Origin: an uncultured Solirubrobacterales bacterium
GTDB lineage: Bacteria > Actinomycetota > Thermoleophilia > Solirubrobacterales > 70-9
Length of the DNA: 64,000 bases
Direction of reading: 5' to 3'
Assembly (NCBI GenBank): GCA_963777915.1
Contig: CAVZSH010000007.1
Coordinates: 83,433 to 147,432, forward strand
This document shows positions 52,223 through 61,527 of the stretch, piece by piece. Within the stretch, counting starts at the first letter, position 1, and each line of letters begins with the position of its first letter. Position numbers and translations under genes: made by a program. The notes beneath the pieces are model-generated. The model was given only the letters and a program-made list of their open reading frames with translations. It was not told the DNA's origin and ran no database searches.

Positions 52223-53359
52223 CTTTGACTTCGCCGAGGTGGCTGCGCCGCATGGTGGAGGCGCGGGCCTCCGACGTCCACCTCACCGCTGGGTTTCCCG
52301 CCGGCGATCCGCGACCGGGGCAGGATCATCCCCGATGGAGGGCTTTCCGGTGCTCGGTGGGGCAGCAGACCCGGGAAGTCGTTTACGGCATCCTCAACGA
52401 TGACCAGCGCAAGCGCTTCGAGAACGATAAAGCAGCTCGATTTCGCCTACGCGATCCCCAGCGTTGCCCGTTTCCGCGTCAACTGCTTCTTTCAGCGTTG
52501 GTTCGGTCAGCGCCGCTTTTCGCCTGGTTCCGCAGGAGATCCCTGGCTCTCGACACGCTCGGGGTGCCGCAGGTGCTGCGCGAACTGACCCAAAAGCCGC
52601 GCGGCTTTGTTTTGGTGACCGGCCCCACCGGCAGGGGTAAGTCGACGACGCTAGCGGCGATGATCGACGTGATCAACGCGAGCGCGAGGATCACATCCTG
52701 ACGCTCGAGGACCCGATCGAGTTCCTGCACCTCTCACAAACGCGCCCTCGTCAACCAGCGAGAGGTCGGCTCCGACGCGCCGGACTTCGCACTAGGACTT
52801 CGGGGCTGCGCTGCGCCAGGACCCGGACGTGATCCTGGTCGGAGAGATGCGCGACCTGGAGACCATATCCCCGGCGCTGACCGCCGCCGAGACCGGACAC
52901 CTGTGTTTTCGCGACCCTGCACACCAGTCGAGCGCCCAGACGGTCGACCGGTCATTGACGTCTTTCCCATCTCAGCAGCAAGGTCAGGTGCGCACACAGC
53001 TCTCGATCGCCCTGCAGGGGATCGTCACCCAGCAACTCTCGCCGACCGCCGACGGGAGGGGACGGGTCGTCGCCTGTGAGGTACTGATCCCGACCCCGGC
53101 GTTTTCGAACCTGATCCGCGAGGGCAAGACCCACCAGATCTATGCCGCGGTGCAGACTTCCGGTGCGGTTGGGATGCAGACAATGGATGCTGACTTGGCT
53201 CGCCTGGTGCGCTCGGGGAAGATCACCCGCGCACTTGCCGAGCAGCGTGCTTCGGTGCCTGAGGAGCTGAAGCTGCATGCTGGTTGGCGGCGCGGCGCAG
53301 ATGCCGGGCGGCGGTCTGGCGGGTCAGAGCCTGGCGCCTCCGGCGCCCGTCTACACTAA
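52209..53359 (+). pseudogene. pilT: PilT-type retraction ATPase, copy 2, about 14 frame changes
   Basis: Contains [132 protein letters not shown] and IIDVFP, followed by an intact C-terminal third (track ORF 52829..53359). Confidence 0.8.
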
Positions 53360-53373
53360 GGAAGCCTAGGACG

Positions 53374-54619
53374 ATGGCCGGCGCCACGACGTTTGCCTTC
53401 CGCGCCATGGACCTCGCCGGGGTCGCCTCGTCTGGTGAGCTGGAGGCTGAATCAAAGGCCCAGGTCTCCGAGCAGATCCGCCAGCGTGGCCTGATCGTGC
53501 TCGACGTTTCCGAGAAGCATGAGCCTTTTAAGGTCGAGGACCTTTTCAAGCGCTGGCAGGCGGTCGACATGCGCGAGCTGGCAGTATTCTCGCGCCAATT
53601 CGCGACCCTTGTCGCCTCCGGGATGCCAATGCTTCGCACCCTGCAAACGCTCGAAGAGCAGACTCAGGATGAAGAGATCCGCGACGCGGTTGCCAGCTTG
53701 CGGGGGGATGTCGCGGCGGGCAGCTCACTCGAGCAGGCGATGGAGCGGCACCCGAAGGTCTTCGATCGCCTGTTCCGGGCAATGGTGCGCTCGGGTGAGC
53801 AGTCGGGCCGCCTTGAGGAGGCGCTCGACCGGATCGCCTACCAGGTGGAGAAGGCCGATTCCCTGCGCCGGCAGATTAAATCGGCTCTGATGTATCCGGC
53901 ACTTGTCTTCACCTTCGCGGTAATAGTGCTGGTTGCGATAGTCGTCATCGTCATCCCCGTCTTCGTCAAGATCTTCCAAGAACTCGCCGCCGAAAACCCA
54001 GAAGAAGCTACCGGGTTGCCGGCGCCCACCCAGCTTTGCGTCGACGTCTCCAACGCGCTGACCGGCTACTGGTACCTGATCATCCCAGGTCTGGCGCTCG
54101 CCATCTTCGGCTTTATCAAATGGAAGAAGACCGATGGCGGCCATGCACAGTGGGACCGCCTCAAGCTGAAGATTCCATTCAAAATCGGCGACGTGATCCA
54201 AAAAGTCTCGCTGGCCCGCTGGTCACGCACCTTTGCGGGCTCGGTCTCCTCAGGGGTGCCGATGCTGCAGTCGATCAAATTGACCGGACAGACGGCCGGC
54301 AACATCGTGGTCGAGCAGGCGATGGAAGACGTCTACGCCTCGGTCAAGCGTGGCGGCTCGCTTGCCGGACCAATTGAGAAAAACCCGATCTTTCCCTCGA
54401 TGGTTGGTCACATGATCTCGGTGGGCGAGGAATCTGGCCAGCTGAGAGCACATGCTGAGCAAGATCGCCGACTTCTATGAAGCCGAGGTCGATGCCAAGA
54501 TCAAGGCTCTGACCGCTTTGATCGAGCCGCTGATGATCGTCTTCGTAGGCGGCATCGTCGGGTTCATCGTCATCTCGATGTACTTGCCGCTGTTTAGTAT
54601 CTACGAACACATCCGTTAA
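53374..54619 (+). pseudogene. pilC: type IV pilus platform protein PilC (GspF family) with one frameshift near 54445
   Basis: Two T2SSF repeats (FSRQFATLVASGMPML...GEQSGRLEE and WSRTFAGSVSSGVPML...GEESGQL). The last 55 aa (MLSKIADFYEAEVDAKIKALTALIEPLMIVFVGGIVGFIVISMYLPLFSIYEHIR*) are in the next frame. Confidence 0.85.
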
Positions 54620-54665
54620 GCTGCGTTTTGTCTGGAGTGACGTAAGACGCTGAGCCGCGCTTGAG

Positions 54666-54688
54666 CTGGTTCGCCTGAGCCGAACCAG
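54666..54688 (+). terminator. weak hairpin after pilC
   Basis: CTGGTTCG-cctgagc-CGAACCAG (8-bp stem), with no U-tract. Confidence 0.25.
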
Positions 54689-54885
54689 GTTGCGATTTGG
54701 ACGTTCGTTCGGCCAGCTGACGGCGGCCGTCCACTGCCGGATCGATTGTCCGTACTTTTTGGTATCAGTGAGGCGAGTTCTCGGCTCCCACATACGGAAA
54801 AATCGGTCTCTTTCAAAATCGGGCTAAATTCACTAAAGGTGGCCTGGTAGGGGTCGATTAGTGACCTGTAATGAAACTGCCAGTG

Positions 54886-54973
54886 CCTCGGTTCAAAAGG
54901 CAAACCCGTCGTCAGGCGGGGGCGCACAGCTCTCGGGGGCTCCTAGCTAGGAGCCGCCGGGCTACCACCGGGG
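54886..54973 (+). promoter_or_regulatory. candidate c-di-GMP-I (GEMM-I-like) riboswitch aptamer in the pilA1 leader
   Basis: AAAAGGCAAACC-CGTC-GTCA-GGCG-GGGGCGCACAGC has the same segment lengths as the Vc2 core GGCAAACC-AUUC-GAAA-GAGU-GGGACGCAAAGC, with a compensated 4-bp helix. A second 13-bp hairpin lies at 54932-54961. The closing helix pairs CCTCGGT (54886-92) with ACCGGGG (54967-73). This was a hand alignment only, and there are two mismatches in the most conserved block. Confidence 0.35.
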
Positions 54974-55041
54974 TCAGAGGACACCACGTGGCCATACGCG
55001 ACGGGGCTCTGGCGCAAACGATAGGTCCATAGGAGGTACCT

Positions 55042-55479
55042 ATGTTTCTCCAGAATCTCCGGGCCAAGGTTGGTGCCCGGCTAAATGGCGAGAGCGAGGC
55101 CGGCTTTACGCTGATCGAGCTTCTCGTTGTGATGCTGATTATGGGTATCCTGGCCGCGATCGCGCTGCCGGCGTTCTTCAATCAGCGTGAAAAGGCAAAC
55201 GACGCAAAGGCCAAGGAGTACGCCCATTCCGCCCAGGTCGCGATAGAGACATTTGCGACCGAACACGAAGGCGAATACACTGCGGCCACCATAGGTGCTC
55301 TGCAGACAATCGAGCCGACTCTGAAAAGCGCGACCATCGCACTCTCAGGGCTAGGTAAAACGACATACACAATCACATCTGAATCAAGCACTGGAGACAA
55401 ATTCCAGATTGTCAACAATGCAGGCGAACTCTCGTTCCCCTGTACGCCGAAAGAACATGGCGGGCTGCCCCGCATCTGA
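55042..55479 (+). CDS. pilA: type IV pilin (prepilin with class III signal peptide), paralogue 1; the 3' end is probably frameshifted near 55460
   Basis: AGGAGG lies 5 nt upstream of the ATG. The leader ends ...GESEAG followed by [25 protein letters not shown] (G-1, F+1, E+5). The +1 frame after ...FPCTPKEH reads [11 protein letters not shown] (stop 55496-55498), matching the tail of pilA2. Confidence 0.85.
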   Translation: MFLQNLRAKVGARLNGESEAGFTLIELLVVMLIMGILAAIALPAFFNQREKANDAKAKEYAHSAQVAIETFATEHEGEYTAATIGALQTIEPTLKSATIALSGLGKTTYTITSESSTGDKFQIVNNAGELSFPCTPKEHGGLPRI

Positions 55480-55552
55480 AAGCTGGGCCCACGGTTAATC
55501 AGCTCTACTGAGCATCGTTTGGCCCTAACAGGTCATGCGTGATCGCATCTTT

Positions 55553-55579
55553 GAGGGGCGGGCCTTGCGCCCGCCCCTC
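55553..55579 (+). terminator. 11-bp GC hairpin after pilA1
   Basis: GAGGGGCGGGC-cttgc-GCCCGCCCCTC is a perfect stem located 74 nt after the annotated pilA1 stop. Confidence 0.5.
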
Positions 55580-55624
55580 ATGCGTTCGTCCAGATTTCAT
55601 AAGTCGCCTCAAAAGCTGGCGAAG

Positions 55625-55650
55625 AAAAGTCGAAACCAAAAGTCGAAACC
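55625..55650 (+). repeat. direct tandem 13-mer AAAAGTCGAAACC x2 upstream of the Ig-repeat protein gene
   Basis: Two exact adjacent copies lie 30 nt upstream of ATG 55680. Confidence 0.8.
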
Positions 55651-55679
55651 ATTAGCTGGATAGCCCTCACTTGAGACTC

Positions 55680-57065
55680 ATGGCAGCCATCTCAAAACAA
55701 GCGCCGGTGCGGACCTTCGGCAAAACGAGCCGCCTTGGGCTGCTCACTCTGGGGTTCCTCGCCTCACTAGCTGTGTTAGCGTCCTCGGCGCGGGCCAATC
55801 CGGCGCCTCCAGCGCTGACTTTTACGTTTCCCGCGTCTCCTGGCACCTCCCTGACACCTCGGATCCAGGGCGAGGCAGAAGGAGTAATTACCGCGGCTGT
55901 TGGACCGAGGTTGATCGAGCGCTCCGACGGTGCGACGACGATGGCGAGCGAACCACCCGGCATGGTCACGATCTACGCAAACGAATCCAATTGCAGCGAT
56001 TCCGAAGCGATCGCCGCAGAAGGTAGCGCGGCCGAACTTGAAGGCGCTGGGATCGAAGTGAAAGTCGAGCCCGACTCGATCACGACCTTCTATGCCTCGC
56101 TTACCAAGGAAAGTGGCTCTTCACCATGCTCCCGCCAAGGTATTAAGTACCGTCAGGTGACTACTCCCCCCGGACCGCCTACCTTCAGCTCGATCAACCC
56201 AGCCTCACCGGCCAACGACAATACCCCGCACCTGATCGGCAACGGAGAATCTGAATCGGTCGTCTCGATCTACACGACCGCGGATTGCTCGGGTCAGCCA
56301 GTCGGAGTCGGATCGGCGGCCACCTTCGCGGCCGAAGGCATTCAGGTCTCGGTACCCGACAATTCTTTGACCACATTTTACGCAAGGGCGACGCTGGCAG
56401 AAACTGTGTCCTCGCCCTGCTCGGAGTCATCGATCGAATACCAGGATGTAGCTCCGGTGGAAGAAGAAGAAGAGCAGGGCCAGGGCGGATCTCCGGGCTC
56501 CGGCGGAACGGTACGACCGCCTGCCCCCGAACTGCATACTGACCCCAGCGGGCTTTCCAACGATAGTGCGGTTCTGGTGACGGGCTCAGCCCCCGATGCG
56601 ATGTCGGTTGAAATTTTCGAGAACGCCGCTTGTACGGGTGCCCCAGTGACCAACGGATCGGCAGCCCAGTTCGCTTCTGGCCTGCGGGTCCAGGTCGCCG
56701 TCAATACCTCGACGAGCTTTTACGGTGACTCACTGGGGGCAGACGGCGGCCGCTCGACGTGCTCGGCACCCGTCGTATACAGGGAGGACTCGACTCCGCC
56801 CCACACCAGGTTCACGATGGCGCCTGGCGCAGTGACCCACAAACGCAAGGCGGTGTTCCGCTTCATCGATACAACCGAGGATCCTTTTGGGGTCACTTTC
56901 CTCTGCAAAGTCAATCGGGGAAAGTGGAGGTCATGCCACACGCCGCTTCGTCTGCACCATCTCCACTTCAGGTCCTATCTCGTGCATGTGAAAGGGATCG
57001 ACTCGGTCGGCAATGCGGAGGTTAGAGGGGCCAGTCGCCGCTTCAGGGTGGTCCACCGCAGTTGA
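55680..57065 (+). CDS. secreted protein with three Cys-pair Ig-like repeats and a C-terminal FxC..(w)..C / GN-type Ig domain
   Basis: Signal peptide LGLLTLGFLASLAVLASSARA. Three modules of about 95 aa share ..SP.N..P...G.......V.IY....C.G.....GSAA.F...GI.V.V...S.T.FYA......G.SS.CS...I.Y. The C-terminus reads VFRFIDTTEDPFGVTFLCKVNRGKWRSCHTP...VHVKGIDSVGNAE. Confidence 0.7.
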   Translation: MAAISKQAPVRTFGKTSRLGLLTLGFLASLAVLASSARANPAPPALTFTFPASPGTSLTPRIQGEAEGVITAAVGPRLIERSDGATTMASEPPGMVTIYANESNCSDSEAIAAEGSAAELEGAGIEVKVEPDSITTFYASLTKESGSSPCSRQGIKYRQVTTPPGPPTFSSINPASPANDNTPHLIGNGESESVVSIYTTADCSGQPVGVGSAATFAAEGIQVSVPDNSLTTFYARATLAETVSSPCSESSIEYQDVAPVEEEEEQGQGGSPGSGGTVRPPAPELHTDPSGLSNDSAVLVTGSAPDAMSVEIFENAACTGAPVTNGSAAQFASGLRVQVAVNTSTSFYGDSLGADGGRSTCSAPVVYREDSTPPHTRFTMAPGAVTHKRKAVFRFIDTTEDPFGVTFLCKVNRGKWRSCHTPLRLHHLHFRSYLVHVKGIDSVGNAEVRGASRRFRVVHRS

Positions 57066-57109
57066 CTTGCTAGACGGCAGCCGGCGCTTGGGGTACAACT
57101 TCGGCCCCA

Positions 57110-57859
57110 ATGGTTGGTGTCGTCTTGATTGGATTCCTGGCCGGCCTAATCGCCGGCAGCTTCGCTACCGCAGTCGCGTACCGCGTACCGCGGGGGATTT
57201 CGATTATTGGTCCCCGCTCGAAATGCCCTGTCTGCGGGGCGCGGATCGCCGCTTATGACAACGTCCCGGTCTTCTCCTGGCTTCTGCTGCGGGGCAGGGC
57301 CCGTTGCTGTGCTGCTCGAATATCCCCGCGTTACCCGCTCAGCGAGCTGATCGTCGGAACGGCCTTCGGCGTTACCGTGCTTGTCCACCGAGAAACATCT
57401 GCACCGGAGCTCGCGATCGACCTCGTCTTTGTGACGATGCTTGCCGCGATCACCCTCACCGATCTTGAGCGGCGAATAATCCCTAACAAGATCTTGCTTG
57501 CCGGCGCTGTAATCTGCATCGCGATTGCGGCGCCCAGCGACCCGGGTGGATTAGCCGAGCGCGCAGCGGCGGCCGCGGCTGCTGGCGGGGTGCTCTTCCT
57601 CATTGTGTTTGCCTATCCGGCCGGGATGGGCCTCGGCGATGCCAAGCTGGCGGCCGTGATGGGTCTGTTCCTGGGCTGGGCCGTGGCGCCGGCGATTCTC
57701 GTCGGGTTGCTGACCGCTACGGTCGCTGGCCTCACGCTGATCGCACGACATGGGGCGCAAGCTCGCAAGATGGCGATCCCATTTGGTCCTTTCCTAGCGC
57801 TCGGCGGGTTGGTGGGGATGCTTGTAGGCAACCAATTAATCGCTCTATATCTGCACTAA
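57110..57859 (+). CDS. pilD: prepilin peptidase (A24 family) PilD
   Basis: Contains SKCPVCGARIAAYDNVPVFSWLLLRGRARCC, ITLTDLERRIIPN and AGMGLGDAKLAAVMGLFLGW. The ORF is uninterrupted. Confidence 0.9.
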   Translation: MVGVVLIGFLAGLIAGSFATAVAYRVPRGISIIGPRSKCPVCGARIAAYDNVPVFSWLLLRGRARCCAARISPRYPLSELIVGTAFGVTVLVHRETSAPELAIDLVFVTMLAAITLTDLERRIIPNKILLAGAVICIAIAAPSDPGGLAERAAAAAAAGGVLFLIVFAYPAGMGLGDAKLAAVMGLFLGWAVAPAILVGLLTATVAGLTLIARHGAQARKMAIPFGPFLALGGLVGMLVGNQLIALYLH

Positions 57860-58137
57860 ACCCAATGCTGAATCGGCCTTCGGCCGCCGCGGAAGGTCAT
57901 CTGCGGCATCGAATCCGAGCCGCTGTTGAGGCGTCCGACGCCGTCCCTAGCGTCCTGCTCCCGAGTTTGGGGCTCCGGGGAGAAACGCAAGCGGGCATTT
58001 CGTGCTGGTTATGGGCTGAGAGCCCGCTGGTGTATCTGGACACCCCTTGCGACTGACCAGGTGCGCTGCGAGCGCGAATCGGTAGGTGTCGTTTTGCCCG
58101 CCTCGTCTCCCACGCAATCAGACGAGATGAAGACAAG

Positions 58138-59110
58138 ATGAGATTGATCGGTTTGGACGTGCGCCGCGACTTCTACGAGATCGAGATCGCCGGGGCGGTA
58201 GCGCTCGCTCGGCGGGTCGCATTGCCACCGACCCCGAAGAGCTGGAGCTCGTCGCCCAGAGTCTCGGGAATGAAGACCGGGCGCCCTACGTGCTGGAAAT
58301 CGTGATTACCAATTCCGCCCAGGTGCGGTGATCATCCACGCAAAGGAGAAGTCCACAAGCTCGACGCCTCGAAGCTTGCCGAGCTCTTGTCCGCCGGCCT
58401 GTACCCGAGGTCTGGATTCCCGACCAGGCCACTCGGGCACTGCGGCGACCCATCATCCCTGCCCCGCAGCCTGGTCGCCGAACACGCGATGGAAGAACGA
58501 GGTCCACGCGATCCTTCACCGCAACCTGATCCGCGCGGCCCCGGCCACTGACCTGTTCGGCCAGCCGGTCGTGTTTGGCTCACCCGGCTCGCGCAGCCGG
58601 TGGACGAGGCAAGAGACGCTCGATGCCTGCCTGCCGGCTCGATTTCGGCGTTTCGGAGTTGAAGTGCGCAGAGCAGGAAATCGCCAGGGCGGTGGTCCCC
58701 TCGCAGGAGATCCGTCACCGATGACGATCCCTGGTATCGATGTAATCACAGCGGCGACCCTGGTAGCGGCGATCGGCGACATCTCGCGCTTTCCGAGTAC
58801 TCGCCACATGGTTGGCTATCGAGGCCTTTGCCCTCGTTCGCGTCAAACCGGGTCAAAGGCATCCCAGCACGGAGGGACCTCCAGGATGGATCTCGAGTTG
58901 CCCGCCACGTTCTGGGTCACGCAGACTGGTCAGCAGCTCGCACTCCAGGTCCGCTTCACGGCTTCGCGGTGCGGGTAGCGGCACGGCGCACCAAGCAGAT
59001 GGCAACTATTACGGTCGCCCGCAAGCACTAGCGATGCTTGGCACCGACTCACCCGCGAAGAGGATGATGCCTTTAAGCGTCCGCTGACGGTGCCCGCAAA
59101 CTGCGAGCGA
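58138..59110 (+). mobile_element. IS110-family transposase remnant (many frameshifts/stops)
   Basis: Fragments spread across frames: MRLIGLDVRRDF, ..PEELELVAQSLGNEDRA, VWIPDQATRALRR, KNEVHAILHRNLI, MTIPGIDVITAATLVAAIGDISRFPSTRHMVGY.GL.PR..QSG, VARHVLG...AARTPGPLHGF..RVAARR.KQMATITVARK. The 3' end is approximate, and I identified no terminal repeats. Confidence 0.6.
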
Positions 59111-59763
59111 GGGAGTCAAGGTGGGCGCTCCGCGCCTGCGGCTAGGAACGCGTAGGGGCCGGCAGTGTGAGGCTCGGAGGCTGACATTCAGCGTGATCGT
59201 GAGGTGCTCGAGCAAGTTGACATGGACAGCCGTCGCTTTGTCGCCGACCGGCAGCCGAGTGCACCGAAGAAGCCGGGCGCCGGCGCGCCCATCTAACGGA
59301 TCCTCAGGCGCAGTAGCGGCAGGACCCCGCCCCTGATGCTGCTCTTTAGCTCTTCGTCAGGACCAGCACGCTGGAGAAACCTTCCAAGGACGAAGCGTCC
59401 AGTTCCCAATTGCCATTCTGTAACTAGCTCGCGATCACCGGAGGCGGCTCCGCAGAGCAGCCCAGAGAATGCTCCGACCACTGTCGGACTAAGGCTCGTC
59501 GGCTATCACCAAATCGAACCACGAAAGGGCGCCACGATGGCCGAGAGCTAGAGCATGACGACCCGCGCGGTGGTCGCCAAGACCCTAATCGAAGAGCGCG
59601 CTGGATACCGGAAGAGGAGGGATGGCGCTGGTCGTGGCTGAACCGAGCCAGTCCGGCGTCGAATTACCTCAAACAGTCGGTCCCCTGGCGGAGTTTCCCA
59701 CACTGGACTCGCACCGCGGAATTTATCTGGGCTCAGGCATACTGCGGTCATATGCACAGATTG

Positions 59764-60213
59764 TCAGCCGCCTTTCCAGCTGCCGCTGTGGGGGCAAGCG
59801 CCCTGTTCAGATGGCGAGCACGGATAGGTCAATGCGCCTTCCTTGGAGCGGTCGATTCCGAATGAGTGCCCAGTGGTTTCCGCTTCGACCGTGATTTCGT
59901 AGCCTTCACCTGCTTCGGTGGGAGTGACCGTGAATTTGGGGCCACCGCTCAGGCTCGGCTCGATTTGTTTGACGGCCGCTTGATTACATTTGGCGTAGCT
60001 TCCGTCGTTATCTGTAAAGCAGGACTCCACCGAGATCTGGACAGTTTGCGCCGTTTCCTCGGCCTTGGCGTCATCGGCCTTTTGCTTTTGATTGAAAAAT
60101 GATGGTAGAGCGATCGAGGCCAGCACTGCGATAATAACCATCACGACGAGAAGCTCAATCAGCGTAAAACCGGCCTCGTCACTGTCGTTCGGCTGGGTCG
60201 GAAGCCGCTGCAT
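59764..60213 (-). CDS. pilA: type IV pilin, paralogue 2
   Basis: MQRLPTQPNDSDEAG followed by [38 protein letters not shown]. It has two Cys pairs (SCFTDNDGSYAKC and PCSPSEQGAC). The track ORF extends to 60366; ATG 60213 (or 60243) gives a normal leader length. Confidence 0.8.
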   Translation of the reverse strand: MQRLPTQPNDSDEAGFTLIELLVVMVIIAVLASIALPSFFNQKQKADDAKAEETAQTVQISVESCFTDNDGSYAKCNQAAVKQIEPSLSGGPKFTVTPTEAGEGYEITVEAETTGHSFGIDRSKEGALTYPCSPSEQGACPHSGSWKGG

Positions 60214-60637
60214 GGACGTACGGAACTGTAAGGCTCTATGCATGCCATATCCGCGGCGCGGACAGCCGAAGAGCGTCTCCTTTTGACCTTGGGAACCGTG
60301 ACCGACCTGCTCTTCGGCATGATGGTGGGGCCGTCCGCTAGGCCGCAGGGCTCGTAGACTCATCACTTGGGCTTAATCGACTCAGAGGCCACGATCTTTA
60401 ACTCTTCCTACCCAACCCTCGGCTGACTGAGGTCTCATGATCACCAGCCAAGACCTTGGTCTAGCTCACAAAGAAAGTGAAATGGACAGGCGGCACCCAC
60501 TGGCTGCCTACATCGAGTTATGGGCTGCCATGGGTACACCGACGCCCGCTCCACAGGCGGGAGATCCCGAGGCGAACCGGGGCAAGCCGAGGCGGGGAAT
60601 ATTGGCAGGCCCGCGATGAGACTCTGCTCAGTTAGTA

Positions 60638-61527
60638 TTACCCCGTCCCTCTCAGCGGGGCGCGGTGCGGCGTTTTTGAGATAACGAAGTGGACCTTCAA
60701 GAGCTCGATCTTAAAGCTACGATCTCTTGGGCCGTAGACGAGAGTCTCCGGAGACCCGGGTTCAAGCGCAAGTAGCTGGCAGTTCGCCGAACCGAGCAGG
60801 CACTGCCCTTCGCCGAAAATCGAATCGACTTCGGAAGAGAGCAAAAGCAGGGCCTTGTCGCCGTCCTTGCTGACCCCCATGAAGATCGCCGCCGGTGTCT
60901 TGCGGCTGGGGAGCATGGTCAGCTCCGGGACGTTACGGCGCACCGATGGCTTGCTCTTCTTGGTTGACGCGCCACCTTCACTTGGAGAGTGACCCGGCAC
61001 AACCCGAACATCGATCGCGTAGGAGAAGTAGGTCAGGCGACCTGTTGCCGGAGGTGAATGGCTTTCCGTCTCCGGCGATGTAGAGGTGCCCGGGCTAGAA
61101 GGAGGTGCTGAGGCGGTCGAGGTGCTTGATTCGCCGCCGCTGGGGGATCCAGAACCGAGCGAGGATCCTGTCGCGGACGTGGATTCGCTCTTGGTGTACT
61201 GCTGCTTGAAGGGGTCCTTGGCGCGCAGATTGGTGAGCCGGCGGCGGTAGACCCGTATCCCGGGGGTAGACTTCGCAACAACCAGTTGTCGTGTGGGGTT
61301 GGCAACGGAGCTGGGGAGCGCCAGCGCCATTCGGGTGTTCGCGGCAGAGTTTTCTGAGCCCGAGTTTTGGCTCAGCGCGATCGGCACGGCGACGATCGCC
61401 ACTGCCAGCACAGCGACCAGGGGTAGCAGATGGCGATCGCGAAGGTCATAGAAGAGGTCGACCAGCGCATCTGGGGACCCGCAGCGTCCGAAAGCTTTAT
61501 CTCTGGGCCTTTCTTGAGCATGTTCAT
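60638..61527 (-). pseudogene. membrane-anchored protein with Ser/Thr/Pro-rich linker and C-terminal globular domain, last gene of pilMNO operon (unknown family); start region frameshifted
   Basis: MNMLKKGPEIK is in one frame. PDALVDLFYDLRDRHLLPLVAVLAVAIVAVPIAL...STSATGSSLGSGSPSGGESSTSTASAPPSS...TYFSYAIDVRVV...LLLLSSEVDSIFGEGQCLLGSANCQLLALEPG... is in the frame of track ORF 60638..62647. Confidence 0.45.

Noticed and set aside
54616-54927. 103-aa reverse-strand ORF in the pilC-pilA1 gap.
   Set aside because: The composition is not protein-like, there is no RBS, and it overlaps the better-supported structured leader candidate.
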